DNA of 64,000 bases from Basidiobolus meristosporus CBS 931.73. Its lineage: Eukaryota > Fungi > Basidiobolomycota. Position numbers and translations under genes: made by a program. Shown in pieces: positions 48,790-63,536 of this stretch. The DNA is taken from contig MCFE01000135.1 in assembly GCA_002104905.1 (NCBI GenBank), positions 62,001-126,000 of the forward strand. The letters are read 5' to 3'. Numbering within the stretch: position 1 is the stretch's first letter; every line of letters starts with the position of its first letter. The notes beneath the pieces are model-generated. The model did no database searches. It was given only the letters and a program-made list of their open reading frames with translations, and had not been told where the DNA came from.

Positions 48790-51700
48790 ATGGCTACCAC
48801 CTCAGCTCCCCAGCAAATGACACCTTCCCAAAAGTTGGTGTCTATGAACGAACAGACATGGCTTCAACTAGGTAAGCATTTTCGCGGTTCGGTGTGGATT
48901 CTCCTCATCTCGCTTGAGCTGACTGTAACTGCAATAGGCGCGTTGGCGGAGCTAATGCAGGAATTTGATCGCGCCATGAATGCTTATGAGGCTACCCTGA
49001 GGCATAATCCTTATTCCATACCTGCCCTCACACAAATCGCTTCCTTATGCAGAGGACGCGAGCAGTTCCCAAAAGTCAGTGTTCAGTTGAAAAGTTTTCC
49101 CCATCTATTTGTTCTAATGTCCAGAGGAAGGCTGTCGAATATTTTCAAAGAATTCTCAATATCGAGCAAAATAATGGTGAAATCTGGGGTGCTTTGGGTC
49201 ACTGCTATCTTATGATGGATGACCTGCAAAAAGCCTACACTGCTTATCAGCAAGCACTTTATCATCTTCCCAATCCCAAGGTTGTACATCCCACAGTACG
49301 GCACATCCTGCTAATCCCCACCAGCTAAATGTCAGTAAACTTCCAGGAACCCAAGCTTTGGTATGGCATCGGGATTCTGTATGACCGTTATCAATCACTA
49401 GAACACGCGGAAGAGGCGTTTACTGCTGTGCTACGAATGGATCCCAAATTTGAAAAGGCCAATGAAATCTACTTTAGACTGGGCATTATCTACAAACAAC
49501 AACAGAAATATGATCTCAGTCTGCAGGTGAATCCTTTGTAAATTGCACTGACCAGCGCTCGGACCCTCTAACAGCGTTCCCTAGTGTTTCCAATATATTC
49601 TCAGCTCACCTCCCCGCCCTCTTACCGAAGTAGACATCTGGTTCCAAATAGGCCATGTTTATGAGCAGCAAAAAGAAGTAACTTCCCTGCAAGCCTGACA
49701 TTCTTTAGCGTCACAATACTGACCATTGGTTCGTAGTACCAACTCGCTAAAGAAGCCTATGAAAGGGTTCTGACCGAGAATCCCAACCATGCCAAGGTGC
49801 TACAGCAACTGGGTTGGCTTTGTCACCAGCCGAATGCACCATTTGCTAATCAAGACACTGCCATTGGTTATTTGACAAAGTCATTGGAGGCTGGTATGTT
49901 CGACTTGATAATTGGGCTGGCATGCGTGAGGCCAAAACAAGCTAACATTCGAAATCACCCACAGACAGTGCTGATGCCCAATCGTGGTACTTGCTGGGTC
50001 GATGCTATATGGCTCAGCAGAAATACAGTAAAGCGTACGAGGCTTACCAACAGGCTGTGTAAGTGGTGTATCTCGACGATGGCACACATATCATAGACTT
50101 GACAATTTCAAAATAGGTATCGTGATGGTAAGAATCCCACCTTCTGGTGCTCCATTGGTGTGCTCTACTATCAGATACAACAGGTTAGTCGGTCATGATT
50201 TTGCACGATGCTTGGAATGCGGTCATAACAATCTCATCGCCATAGTACCGGGATGCTTTGGATGCCTACAGCAGAGCCATTAGGTTGAACCCATATATTA
50301 GTGAAGTATGGTACGACTTGGGAACATTATACGAATCTTGCAACAATCAAATCAACGATGCTATTGACGCCTATCAACGTGCTGCCGAGCTCGATCCCAA
50401 CAATCCCCATATCAAGCAAAGACTGGTTCTGTTAAGAAACGCGCAAGCTGGAGGGTAAGCGTCTTGCTTTAAGGCAAGAGAGGTCCTTTGGAGCCAGACT
50501 GATTGACCTCACATGTTTATAGTCCCCCAAGCAGCTCAGCCCCTGTACCGCAAGACGTCAACCTTACGATGTACCAAAATAGCAACGCTTCAGCTATGGC
50601 TGGCATTCCACCTCAGTTTGGCCAGGTACAGATGAATCGAGTGTGTGATTACAAGAGGTCGCTTACTGAATATATAATCGCATTGAATACAGAGTTTAGG
50701 CCCTACATCCCAAGGACCACCCCAAAGTATGCCAGGCTTCCCTCTGAGACCCCCTGAAAGTAGACCCGGTGGCCCAGTTCCACCTCCACTGGTACTTGTG
50801 TGTAGCATTGCGCTTGATTTTAGGTGATATTAATTGGTTTTTGTCTAGTCCGGTCCGCCAAACGAGCCCGCTATGGGTGGTAGAGATATGCCGTCAGGCC
50901 CTCCACCAGGACCCCCCGGTTTCATGAGACGCACGCCTCCACCTTTCAGTCACCAGCCTCGTGAAGAATCTCAAAGAATGCCCGAGATAGGAGGCGGGAT
51001 GAGAGGACCGTATGGTGCAGACGGAAGAACGCAGCCCTACATGAGTCCACAGCAACCATTGAAACCCCCCAATAGCGACGGCTACTCTTCTGGTCCTCCA
51101 CAAGATTATCGGATGCCGTTGAGACCACCTAGTGCGCCATCTCCAGTAATGCGTCCTCCGGAGATGCATCCCCCTCATCCCATGCAAGCCTCCCACCGAG
51201 GATCTCCGTTTGGTGAGCGCAGAAACGAAATGGAAATGGACCCGAGCAAAGTTAAACAGGAGCCTTCCAATAGACCAGGTAATGGAATGAATCCTTATCA
51301 TAGAAACGAAGCACACTCGCTTCCGGGATCAGTCGAGAGATCGCCCAGAATGCATCAAAACGAGTCCCCCTACAATGTCGACTTGGCTAGAAGATCCCTC
51401 GGGCCCGGCATTCCTACACCTTCGTCAATGTCCATGATGATGGACCACAAAACACACATGATGTCACCATCGGATGAAAGAAAGTAAGTGACATATGCCT
51501 AGCGCAGGTGATTGGTTTAGGCACTTATATCCACATGTGAATTAGAAACAGCCCAGTGGCCGGCATAAAAGATTTAAGAACACTTACACCTTCGCCTGCA
51601 CCCACGCACAACGATGGAAGACACGCTGATGTCAAAAGAGCAAGCATGCCTCCTGAGATCCGAAACATGAAGGAAAGCCCCAGCCCACATCCTCAACATG

Positions 51701-52063
51701 CTCGCCCTGATGGGATGAATACTCTCAACAAGCCCAGCAACTACTCACCCATATCCTCTCGACCCGATAAGCCAGGTATGGGCGCACCACCTCGCCAAGT
51801 TGACGAGGACTACGACGGGGCGGAAGCGTTGGTCGGCATCAGCGAAAAAGCAGCAAGCATGGGCCGACATGCTGATCCCAAAGATGTAAGTGATGATATG
51901 CATCTGGTTTATCCGAACAAAAGCTGAATTGGCTCCCCCTCATCCCCATCAGAACTACAGCCAGGAACATCGACCGGGCTCAGCACCACTCACCGGTCCA
52001 CAGAACTCGAACGGACACCACCAATCACCGCGGCTACCAGGCCCCCAACCCAGTTCTAATTAA
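48790..52063 (+). CDS. CYC8: TPR transcriptional co-repressor Cyc8/Ssn6, multi-exon
   Basis: MNEQTWLQLG, GEIWGALGHCYLMMDDLQKAYTAYQQALYHL, EPKLWYGIGILYDRY, SEVWYDLGTLYESCNNQ; P/M-rich tail. Confidence 0.95.
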
Positions 52064-52656
52064 TTTGCAAGATCGCTCGGATTCATTAGAAGCCTAACTT
52101 TAGATTCTTTGTCATGATCCTTCAAGAAAACGCTCATACAGCTCGGGATATCATTTTTTGGATTGACCCATCATCAGGGATCCGTTTCATACCGATTCCA
52201 CTTCCGGATAAACTCCACCACCGCTCTATTCAAACTTGCTTCCTTTGAAATCTTTGTCTGTTATATAAATAATTTTCTTCTCTTAAACCAAGCATCGATC
52301 CTGGGGGTTAATGGATTTTTATTACGACGGAATAAAGCTCACATATCAATTTCCACCCCACACTGGCATAAGAATGCCGCAGTCAGCCGCAAGCCCTCCA
52401 GCATAGTCCCCCCCCCCCAGGCCTAAGCTAATGCAGCATGGCTTAGTAAAAAAAAGGAAGGGTGACTGCCGAATCCATCGGTGATCCACACACGACTCGA
52501 AAAAAAAAAGAAAATCGAGGATTGAAAAAAAAAGGTTGGCCAAGTGGTAGGGCCGGAATTTCCCATGTAAATCATACTCCACTTCGTATGGAATAGAATT
52601 TTGTTTTCGAAGAGGACCTTGCATATATACATAGATAGTCGAGAACATACACACAC

Positions 52657-54750
52657 ATGTCGATTCAGGTCTCCAACCCAAACAATGTCAAGATCTATCA
52701 GGTATCTGGCACCAACACCTCGAGGGCGATCCCGGACTGGTTGGCCAGAAGAAAGCGGAGGGCCCTGAAAAACGATCTTGGTAGGTGCCGTTTTGTTGTA
52801 GGTTGTGTCGTTCCCCGTTTGGCTAACCCTGGTTTCCACAGAATGGAGACATCGCATCGAGCTCATCCAAGATTTCGAGTTCCCAGAGGCCTCCATTAAA
52901 GTGAAGCCCACCAGAGATGGCAAATACGTGGTCGCCACCGGCGTTTACAAGCCCCAGATGCGCGTCTTTGAGTACGCCGAGATGTCCATGAAGTTCGAGC
53001 GTCACACCGACGCCGAGAATGTAAATTTCGTCCTCTTATCCGACGATTGGACCAAGTCCGCTTTGCTTCAAAACGACAGATCGGTGGAGTTGCACGCACA
53101 GGGCGGTATTCATTACAGAACCAGAATCCCCAAGTTTGGTAGAGATTTGGACTATCATTTCCCCTCCTGCGATCTGCTCGTTGGTGGAGCCTCAAACGAA
53201 GTCTACCGGTTGAATCTCGACCAAGGCAGGTTCCTGAACCCCCTGGTGACCGACGCCACCGGTGTGAACGTCGTGGAAATCAACCCTGCCCATCAATTGT
53301 TCGGGTTTGGTACCGAGGATGGTACAGTCGAGTTCTGGGACCCTAGATCCAGGTCGAAAATCGGCAGCTTAGCCCCCACATTGCCAGCCGATATGTTTGT
53401 CGATGACCTCTCGAAGCTGGAAATCACCAGCTTGAAGTACCGCAACGATGGTTTGTCCTTGGCTGTGGGCACCTCTACCGGACACGTCCTCCTCTATGAT
53501 CTTAGAAACGCACGCCCTTGGATGGTCAAGGATCATCAGTATGGCTTCCCAATTAAATCCCTTCACTGGCTAGAGGGCGGAAACAGCGAGAGTGAAGAAG
53601 GAAAGGTGCTCAGTGCTGATAGCAAAATCATCAAGATTTGGAACCGCGACTCTGGCAAGCACTTCACGTCCATCGAGCCCACCCAAGATATCAATGATGT
53701 CTGTGTGGTGCCAGATTCAGGCCTCCTCTTTGTGGCCAATGAAGGCATTCAAATTCACAGTTACTACATCCCAAGCTTGGGTCCCGCCCCCAGGTGGTCA
53801 TCCTTCTTGGACAATCTCACCGAAGAACTCGAAGAGAATCCTCAACAGAATGTCTATGAGAATTACAAGTTCGTCACTCGTAAGGAACTCCATAGCCTGG
53901 GACTCGACCATTTGGTCGGAACCAGTGTGCTCAGAGCATACATGCACGGATTCTTCATGGACCTTCGCCTGTACGAGAAGGCCAAGCTTATTGCCAATCC
54001 ATTTGCTTACGAAGAGTACCGCGCTCGCGCCGTCCAAGATAAGATGGACAAGGAACGCGAGAGTCGTATCCGCGCCAAGAAGAACCTTCCCAAGGTCAAC
54101 AAAGCGTTGGCTTCACGCTTACTCAAAGAGGACGAGAAGAAGAAGAAGAAGCATGGAGAAGAGGCCGCCGAGAAACTCAATCCTCTCAAGGATTCCCGTT
54201 TCACGGACTTGTTCAGCAATCCAGAGTTCGAGGTGGATGAGGAGAGTAGTGAGTTCCAAATGCTCCGACCCGTCAAGAGTCAAGATCCTAGTAAGAACTT
54301 CGTGGAGGTCGAAGAGGACGAGGATGTTGATGAGGATGAAGAGAGTGAGCCTGAAGGCAAGGGAAGTGATGAGAGCACTTCTGAGTCTGATTCTGACTTT
54401 GATGATCTTCGTCAAATCCGCAAGAGCAACAAATCCAAGGCCAAGAAACCCGCTCAGCGTAAGGCCACTAGCTCTGGATCGATCAGAGCTGGCGTGTCCG
54501 ATCGCAAGCATCCACCCAAGTTCTATGAGATGAAGGTTGGTGTCGTTTGATTAGACTAGTTCTCGACCATTTGCTTACTAATGTTTGATTTCGCTAGGCT
54601 GGAGGCCAACGCCGGGTTTCGCAAAAGTCGTTTGGAGACAGAGTTGGCAAAGAACTTTCTGGAAAGCGCTTCAATCGGGTGTCTCGCACAGCTATGGGTG
54701 GTATGGAGATGAGCTTCAAGGTGTCCACCAACAAGAAAACCAGACATTAG
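52657..54750 (+). CDS. ENP2: 40S biogenesis factor Enp2/NOL10, 3 exons
   Basis: IELIQDFEFPEAS, ATGVYKPQMRV, LGPAPRWSSFLDNLTEELEE, RAYMHGFFMD; last exon GGMEMSF. Confidence 0.95.
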
Positions 54751-55242
54751 TTTCGTTGACGGCGTCCGAAACTTGTGCATCTAACATTTTTTGTATCGAA
54801 TAGTAATAAATAGTAAAATAGACCAATGCAATTAATAAAATTCACTCTGAATATCGTTGAAATCCAACCCTCTGCTCTGCTACACTATTCATGTTGCCGA
54901 CCATGGCCCTAGCCTTCACCAAACCCTGCACCTAGCCAATTGTGCATTGGCAATTTCGATCACCACTCCACTCCTCGCTTAGTAATCAGACAAGGCCGCT
55001 CAGGAGATCCGAGTTTACTAGAAAAAAACGAAAATTTCCCATTAGAAATCAACCCCGAGGTCACATGACGCGAAATGGATACTTCAAAAGTAACTTCGGA
55101 TTCCCAGCCATCCTTCCTTCTCCCTTGTTCTCTCGTCTTTGAGGTGAGAAAAAAGTTCATCTTCTACCGAATGAAGAGTTCATCCATTTTCCCAAGATGC
55201 CCAGAAGTAACATAGGATTTTCAATTCGTAGGATTAATCAAA

Positions 55243-55890
55243 ATGGGTCGCCGTCCAGCTCGTTGTTACCGTTACTGCAAAAACAAGCCTTACCCCAAGT
55301 CTCGTTTCTGTCGTGGTGTCCCCGACCCCAAGATCAGAATCTTCGATTTGGGTCGTAAGAAGGCCAGCGTTGATGAGTTCCCTCTCTGTGTTCACTTGAT
55401 CTCCAACGAATACGAACAGCTTTCCAGCGAAGCCCTTGAAGCCGCCCGTATTAGTTGCAACAAGTACATCACCAAGATGGCCGGTAAGGACTCCTTCCAC
55501 TTGCGTGTTCGTGTCCACCCCTATCACGTCGTCCGTATCAACAAGATGTTGTCTTGCGCTGGTGCTGATAGACTTCAGACTGGTATGCGTGGTGCTTTCG
55601 GTAAGCCCCAAGGTACCGTTGCCCGTGTCAACATTGGTCAAATCATCTTCTCCATCCGTACCAAGGACTCCAACAAGGCTGTTGTCATTGAGGCCCTTCG
55701 TCGTGCCAAGTACAAGTTCCCCGGTCAACAAAAGATCATTCTCTCCAAGAAGTGGGGCTTCACCAAGCTCACTCGTGAGGAATACGTTGTCGAGCGTCAA
55801 GCCGGACGTCTCCAACCCGATGGTTGCTACGTCAAGTACATCACCGAGCGCGGTCCCCTCCAAAACCACTTCAACAGAATCTCTGCCTAA
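55243..55890 (+). CDS. RPL10: 60S ribosomal protein L10 (uL16); probable 5'UTR intron 55144-55231
   Basis: [40 protein letters not shown]. Confidence 0.98.
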   Translation: MGRRPARCYRYCKNKPYPKSRFCRGVPDPKIRIFDLGRKKASVDEFPLCVHLISNEYEQLSSEALEAARISCNKYITKMAGKDSFHLRVRVHPYHVVRINKMLSCAGADRLQTGMRGAFGKPQGTVARVNIGQIIFSIRTKDSNKAVVIEALRRAKYKFPGQQKIILSKKWGFTKLTREEYVVERQAGRLQPDGCYVKYITERGPLQNHFNRISA

Positions 55891-56514
55891 AGATCTTCAC
55901 CTTATTTTTGATAAAATAAACAAAGAACAATTTAGCTGGACCGTTGACACAACTACATCCTCGATTTTCTAAAGAGTATTTCGGCGCTACGGGCGCATCA
56001 ATATTTATCTTCATCCACACTGGCCAACGGCTGTTGTGGCCACAGCATCTCTGGCCTTGGTTCGCGGTGCAGCGAGAATCAATTTCTCGTCGTACCTGGA
56101 GTTTAGAGGCGGCAACAAGTTCATGCGTTGGATCTCTGCGTATCCGTGGCAGGTGACTGGAAAGTTTTTTTTTCCACCTCCCAGATCATAATAATATTTA
56201 ATCCAATAAACGGGGCGTATTTCGGGACAAATATGCCAAAAAAAGGGAGATATTATCGAAGTCTGAGAGTTGAGGAATACGGGGATCAAACAATAAAAAA
56301 TTGAGGCCATCGTACGAACCATCTTTCTCTTCCCGTTGTAACTTGGAATTCGCCTCCTTAGTAAAGGTCAGTTCCCATATCTAGGCATATCCAATGGAAT
56401 GTTTTCAGCAATCCATCAACCACCAGTTCATTGTGCTCGCCTCTTCCTCAATACTGTTAGCACCAGCAATGGCTAATTCTTGCGCTGATTGATATTTCTA
56501 GTTACCTAGTCAAG

Positions 56515-56958
56515 ATGCTTATTCCCAAGCAAAACAGAAAACTCATCTACGAGAGCCTTTTCAAGGAAGGCGTTATGGTCGCCAAGAAGGACTTCAATGC
56601 TGCCAAGCATGATGAACTCGATGTTCCTAACCTCCAAGTTATTAAGGCTTTGCAATCCCTTAACTCCCGCGGTTACGTCAAGACCCAGTTCTCGTGGCAA
56701 CACTACTACTACTTCTTGACTAACGAGGGTATCGAATACCTCCGTGAGTTCTTGCACTTGCCTGCCGAGATTGTCCCCGCTACCATGAAGAAGACCGCCA
56801 GACCTGTTGGTATCCGCCCTCGTCAAGAAGGTGACCGTCCCTTCAGAGGTCCTCGTGGCGATCGTGAAGGTTACAGACGTCGTGACGACGGTGCTAAGAA
56901 GGAAGGTGCTTCTGGCGACTTCAAGCCCGAATTCCGCGGTCGTCGTGAACAACAATAA
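56515..56958 (+). CDS. RPS10: 40S ribosomal protein S10 (eS10); probable 5'UTR intron 56367-56501
   Basis: [46 protein letters not shown]. Confidence 0.98.
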   Translation: MLIPKQNRKLIYESLFKEGVMVAKKDFNAAKHDELDVPNLQVIKALQSLNSRGYVKTQFSWQHYYYFLTNEGIEYLREFLHLPAEIVPATMKKTARPVGIRPRQEGDRPFRGPRGDREGYRRRDDGAKKEGASGDFKPEFRGRREQQ

Positions 56959-57147
56959 ACGTCCAAGTGGATTCACCTGGTTCCTCTCTCTGCTAATAAA
57001 AACCTTCGGAGCAAGTAGGAATTTCCGGCACATATGCTTAAGACAACCAATTCTGAACATACAATAAAACTTTTGTCTGGTTTTTAACTGAACTGCATTT
57101 ATTCACTGAATTAATGTTCTAAATCGAGGGTGAATGATGGCTGCTCT

Positions 57148-58721
<1,574 letters not shown>

Positions 58722-58965
58722 ATTTCCAGAAACGTTGGGTCGCAAGGGAAAGTGGATATCGGGCCACACTATGTCCCGCACTTACATACACAAAAAAATC
58801 CACTACAAGAGAAAAAAAAGTTCATCCGTTTTTGACCATCTGATAAGTTAACCATTTTGAGATTAATTTGGTTGTTTATTTGCAAGTCACATCGACTAAA
58901 TGTGCCGCTGGGTAGCTGTCACTCGGCCGACTAAATATGCTGTCGAGTGACTGTAACTACGTCGA

Positions 58966-59802
58966 CTAAATCCGCTCTGGGAATCGTTCTGAAAACGGGG
59001 CCAACTGACGACCGTCAACATCAGTGAAATTAAACATGCGCGCGATCTCGCCCACCTCCCACATCTTTCCACCCAGGTCGGCGTTAGACTCATTGGAAGC
59101 CAACGCCACCACCGCACGCCCAACGTAGTTTACCGTCTCGATGTCCTTGTGTTCTTCTTCGGGAACGTTGGCATCCACCATACGCTCCGTCATCATCCAG
59201 CCAGGGGACAATGCCAAGGCAGTGATATTGTGTTTGGAGAGATCGGAGTTCATGCCGAACGATATCCTGGTGAGGGAAGACTTCACCACGTCGTAGTATA
59301 AATTTCCGTTGTACTTTTCCTTCATCGGAGAGCTGATGTTGATGATTAGGCCCTTTTTCCGGGGTACCATCAGTGCAGCAGCCAAACTGGCCGCCACTAT
59401 GTTCGACCTTACTCCTACTCTAGACATGGTATCCCAATGCTCGATATGTAACTCCCAGAACGGGCTGGTTTTCACCTCCGTTTCATAGCCTCCCCAGGCG
59501 TTGTTCACCAGTAGATCCAACTTTCCGTAGTCTGCAGCGATCTTGTCAAATACCGCCTTCACCTGTCCGTCGTCCCCATGGTCACATATCACTGCTATGC
59601 CCTTGCCACCCAGAGCAGTCACCCTTTCCGCAGTTTGCTCGACAGTTTCTGCGCGCCCTTGGGTGGTTGTTCCCGTGCTGCTGCTCCTTCCGGTAACATA
59701 AACAGTGCAGCCTGCCTCTCCAAGACATAAAGCAATTCCTTTGCCAGCGCCTCTGGACGCCCCAGTCACCAGCGCAACCACACCAGCCAAGCTCTTCGAC
59801 AT
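58966..59802 (-). CDS. Intronless short-chain dehydrogenase/reductase (DHRS1-like), 278 aa
   Basis: TGASRGAGKG, LLVNNAWGGYE, YDVVK catalytic YxxxK, FTDVDG tail; TATA near 59827-59836. Confidence 0.92.
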   Translation of the reverse strand: MSKSLAGVVALVTGASRGAGKGIALCLGEAGCTVYVTGRSSSTGTTTQGRAETVEQTAERVTALGGKGIAVICDHGDDGQVKAVFDKIAADYGKLDLLVNNAWGGYETEVKTSPFWELHIEHWDTMSRVGVRSNIVAASLAAALMVPRKKGLIINISSPMKEKYNGNLYYDVVKSSLTRISFGMNSDLSKHNITALALSPGWMMTERMVDANVPEEEHKDIETVNYVGRAVVALASNESNADLGGKMWEVGEIARMFNFTDVDGRQLAPFSERFPERI

Positions 59803-60010
59803 GTCCAGGAGGACAGCATTGCGGGCATATATATATAACGGCTGGTTACGTAATTGGTACAAATCCAATAGAAAAAAAAAAGAAATCAACGGACCCGAGT
59901 TCCATCTCCACTCCCCGATGGTGGTGGAGGAAATTTTTTTTCTCGCACAGAACAATAAATTAATACGATTGTTCCAGCTGTTATTCTCCCTCTCAACATC
60001 CTCGACTACC

Positions 60011-61295
60011 ATGGTAAGTAACATTTCCTGTGATGCATCGGAGGGTGCGTCTCTCATCCATCGATGGATGAAGGTGCCCCCTCCTTGGAGTAGCGACCAT
60101 TGTGCTCATCCAATCCTTCTCTTTCCAGTCTCACCGTAAGTACGAGGCTCCCCGCCACGGTTCTTTGGGTTTCCTTCCCCGTAAGCGTGCCAGAAGACAT
60201 AGAGGAAGAGTCAAGTCCTTCCCTAAGGATGATGCTTCCAAGCCTGTCCACATGACTGCCTTCTTGGGTTACAAGGCTGGTATGACCCACATCGTTCGCG
60301 ACTTGGATCGTCCTGGTTCCAAGAACCACAAGAAGGAGATCGTCGAACCCGTTACCATCATCGAGGCTCCTGCCATGGTCGTCGTTGGTGTTGTTGGTTA
60401 CGTCGAGACTCCCCGTGGTCTCCGCTCCTTGACTACCGTCTGGGCTGAACACTTGTCCGACGAAGTTAAGCGCAGATTCTACAAGAACTGGTACCGCTCC
60501 AAGAAGAAGGCTTTCACCAAGTATGCCAAGAAGCACGCTGATGGTGCCAAGCCCATCCTTCGTGAATTGGAACGTATCAAGAAGTACTGTACCGTTGTCC
60601 GTGTCCTTGCCCACACCCAAGTCCGCAAGGTCAAGATTGGACAAAAGAAGGCCCACATTGCCGAAATCCAACTTAACGGTGGCTCCGTCGCCCAAAAGGT
60701 TGAATGGGCTCAAGAGCACTTCGAGAAGACCGTCGATGTCAGCTCTGTCTTCGAACAAGACGAGATGATCGATGTCATCGGTGTTACCAAGGGTAAGGGT
60801 TTCGAAGGTGTCACCCACCGTTGGGGAACCAAGAAGCTTCCTCGTAAGACTCACAAGGGTCTCCGCAAGGTTGCTTGTATTGGTGCCTGGCATCCTTCCC
60901 GTGTCATGTACTCTGTTCCTCGTGCTGGTCAAAATGGTTTCCACCACCGTACTGAGGTCAACAAGAAGATCTACCGCATTGCCCGTGGTGAAGACAAGAG
61001 CTCCGCCTCTACTGAGTATGATCTTACTGCTAAGAGCATCACTCCTATGGGTGGCTTCCCTCACTACGGTAACGTCAATGAGGACTTCATCATGATCAAG
61101 GGTTGTTGCATTGGTGTCAAGAAGAGAGTTTTGACTCTTCGCAAGTCTCTTTTGGTCCACACCAAGAGATCTGCCCTCGAGAAGGTCTCCCTCAAGTTCA
61201 TCGATACTTCCTCCAAGTTCGGACACGGTCGCTTCCAAACCGCCGACGAGAAGAAGGCTTTCTTGGGTACCCTCAAGAAGGATCTCTCCGCTTAA
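60011..61295 (+). CDS. RPL3: 60S ribosomal protein L3 (uL3); intron 60014-60128 directly after the ATG
   Basis: ATG|gtaagt...ttccag|[20 protein letters not shown]; [15 protein letters not shown]. Confidence 0.98.
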
Positions 61296-61356
61296 ATATT
61301 ATAGAACCACAACCCTGGTTTTTATTAATAAACTTTGTTACCAAACTCGTGTGTGT

Positions 61357-62639
61357 TCATCGAAACTGCCGAAGGTTTTGACCTAGAAACCATTTACGAA
61401 TGATGGGGCTCCCCCCGATGACCGGGTGTAGGAGGATGTAAGCCATGAAGTATTCCAAGCCTTTCCTACGGCCTTCAATGAATTCAGGTTTGAATCGGCC
61501 AACCGCCTTCTTCTTGGGTAGCATGGGGATCCCTTTCCTGTACGGTCTGAAGTGTTTCGTTATTAACCGCCGCAGCATTACAAATTCCGAATAGCGCTTT
61601 TGGATGGTGATACTGCCCCCACGAGGGGTTTTCGCTATGCATGTGTACACGGTATATGACCCAACTCCTTGACCTATTCTTGTTGGATTGGTAACGGATA
61701 CGTCTTCGGCAAACACCTCAGAATGGTGAGGATTTTCGGTTTCTAGAAAGGGGTCGACCGAGGAAAGCTCCGGGGCAGAACATTCGCTCTGAAATATTCG
61801 TTAATCCAGTATTGTACGAGGCATGTATCCATATATATGTTATATTGCTACTCACTGTATCATCATCCATCACGAAGTCCTGGTGCATCGTGTTGCTGGT
61901 ATCAATGTCGCTCAGCGCACCATCGTTCTCCTCGTCGCTATCTTTGCCCCGAGAGACGGATAGGAGATCGGCCAACTTCTTGCCTAGTGCGATGTTTATT
62001 TTATGGATGACGGAGATGTCTTTGGTAAGCGGGTCTGGGAAATCCTCCTCGTTTTCGCTGCAAGTGTTCGATGCTGTGTAGAAATCGAAATCGGTCAGGC
62101 TATCGGTAACACTGGACGGGAGGTTCGGTAGCTGACTTTTGACAGCTGGTATGTAGTAAGGACCCATTAGAGCTTGGTGTAATACTACTGGCACGTATGC
62201 GTAGTAAACAGTCACCTTCGATCGCTTTATTTAGTGTTTGCTCTAACACCGGTATGGTCGATTCAGCTTCAGCTGCGTACTTTGCTGTATATTCTGGGCC
62301 GTCTAATTTGGAATACATCACCCTCAGAGTCTTTATATCTCCGCATATTTGCTTGCGGATTTCTAGTACTTAGAGCCAGGTAAATCAGGGGAACAACCTC
62401 GAAAAGGTAGCTTCACAAAAGGCCGATGTACCTTGAAGGCAGTAGGATAAATCACTTATATCAGCGTTTATTAAACAATCCGAATCACAGCCTTCGCCAG
62501 TACGCGACTTGGTGAGATGCTCAAGTGAACGTTTGCGTATCAGTTCATCGGAAGCTTTATGAAGCAACTCTGTGGACGAAGCGTTTATTTCAAGAACGGG
62601 CGGTACACTGGGGTCGTGAATAACGCTTACCATTGACAT
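61357..62639 (-). CDS. C-terminal PX-domain protein (Ypt35-like), multi-exon
   Basis: YTVY..ITIQKRYSEFVMLR..IPMLPKKKAVGRFKPEFIEGRRKGLEYF; start codon uncertain. Confidence 0.75.
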
Positions 62640-63243
62640 GACACGAAATATCAATGAACTCTTGAACGTTCAAGCACAATCTACTGGGCATTAGAACAAT
62701 GTAGAGACAGTAAGAGTTATGTAAACGTAATAGATAAATAGTATAAGATATTTGACTGTATTAACTAACCCGAGTCTATGATTCAATGGACCATTATAGG
62801 CTATTACTTATCGCAATTGATTGGATATAAGCTTTGAGTATTCGAATTGTCACATAGCGCGCACAAGGGGGTGGGTAACGAGTGTAATAAAGACTAATGA
62901 AGCATTGATGTAATTCCCATATGGTAGAATTCCATGATCAACTTCCATATGCCCATTTGATGCACAGTGTCACTTTTCCTGGATAACGATATGGAGCCTG
63001 GTTTGTCTGGTTTGTAAACTGCAGGTTTGCAATGCTTGGGAATGGATTAATTCGAAGCAGATCACAGATCTACAAGTGCCATTACCAGAGATCTGGCCTT
63101 GGCCTTGTGTGGCTTCGTTAATGTTGGCTTTTGCGTGACAATTAGCCTGATTCTAGATCAGCTGCTTTCTAATGACGAACATACCGTGCTATAAAAGCAG
63201 TAGAGCTCTCGTCGAAATCATCATATCTATTGCTCAATAAACC

Positions 63244-63536
63244 ATGTCTCGTACGAAGCTTCACAATTCCGCAGCCGCTCTTCATGGAGAACGCCACTTC
63301 AACAGGTATGTGCCGGCCGTCTTTCTTCAGTCGAGTAATTGCTCATTCCTATTAGATCAGGATACCAGGATCCAAGGGGCCTGCCCAAGAAAGAGGGTGC
63401 AGGTGGGTTCAACTGGGGACGTCCAATAGACGAATTGGAGGCCATCAAGGAAGTCTGCATGCCACTGGCAACAAGGCGAGACAGCAAAATCAACATTGTC
63501 GACCCGTCCTTATTTGAGAGTATCCATGGCCGCTAG
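63244..63536 (+). CDS. STF2: Stf2/Tma10-like small protein, one intron (~63306-63356)
   Basis: MSRTK..HFNR|SGYQDPRGLPKKEGAGGFNWGRPIDE; TATAAAA near 63190. Confidence 0.75.

Noticed and set aside
56011-56322. 103-aa minus-strand ORF between RPL10 and RPS10
   Set aside because: Runs through the RPS10 promoter and poly(A/T) tracts with no protein-like composition; the region is kept only as a possible ncRNA
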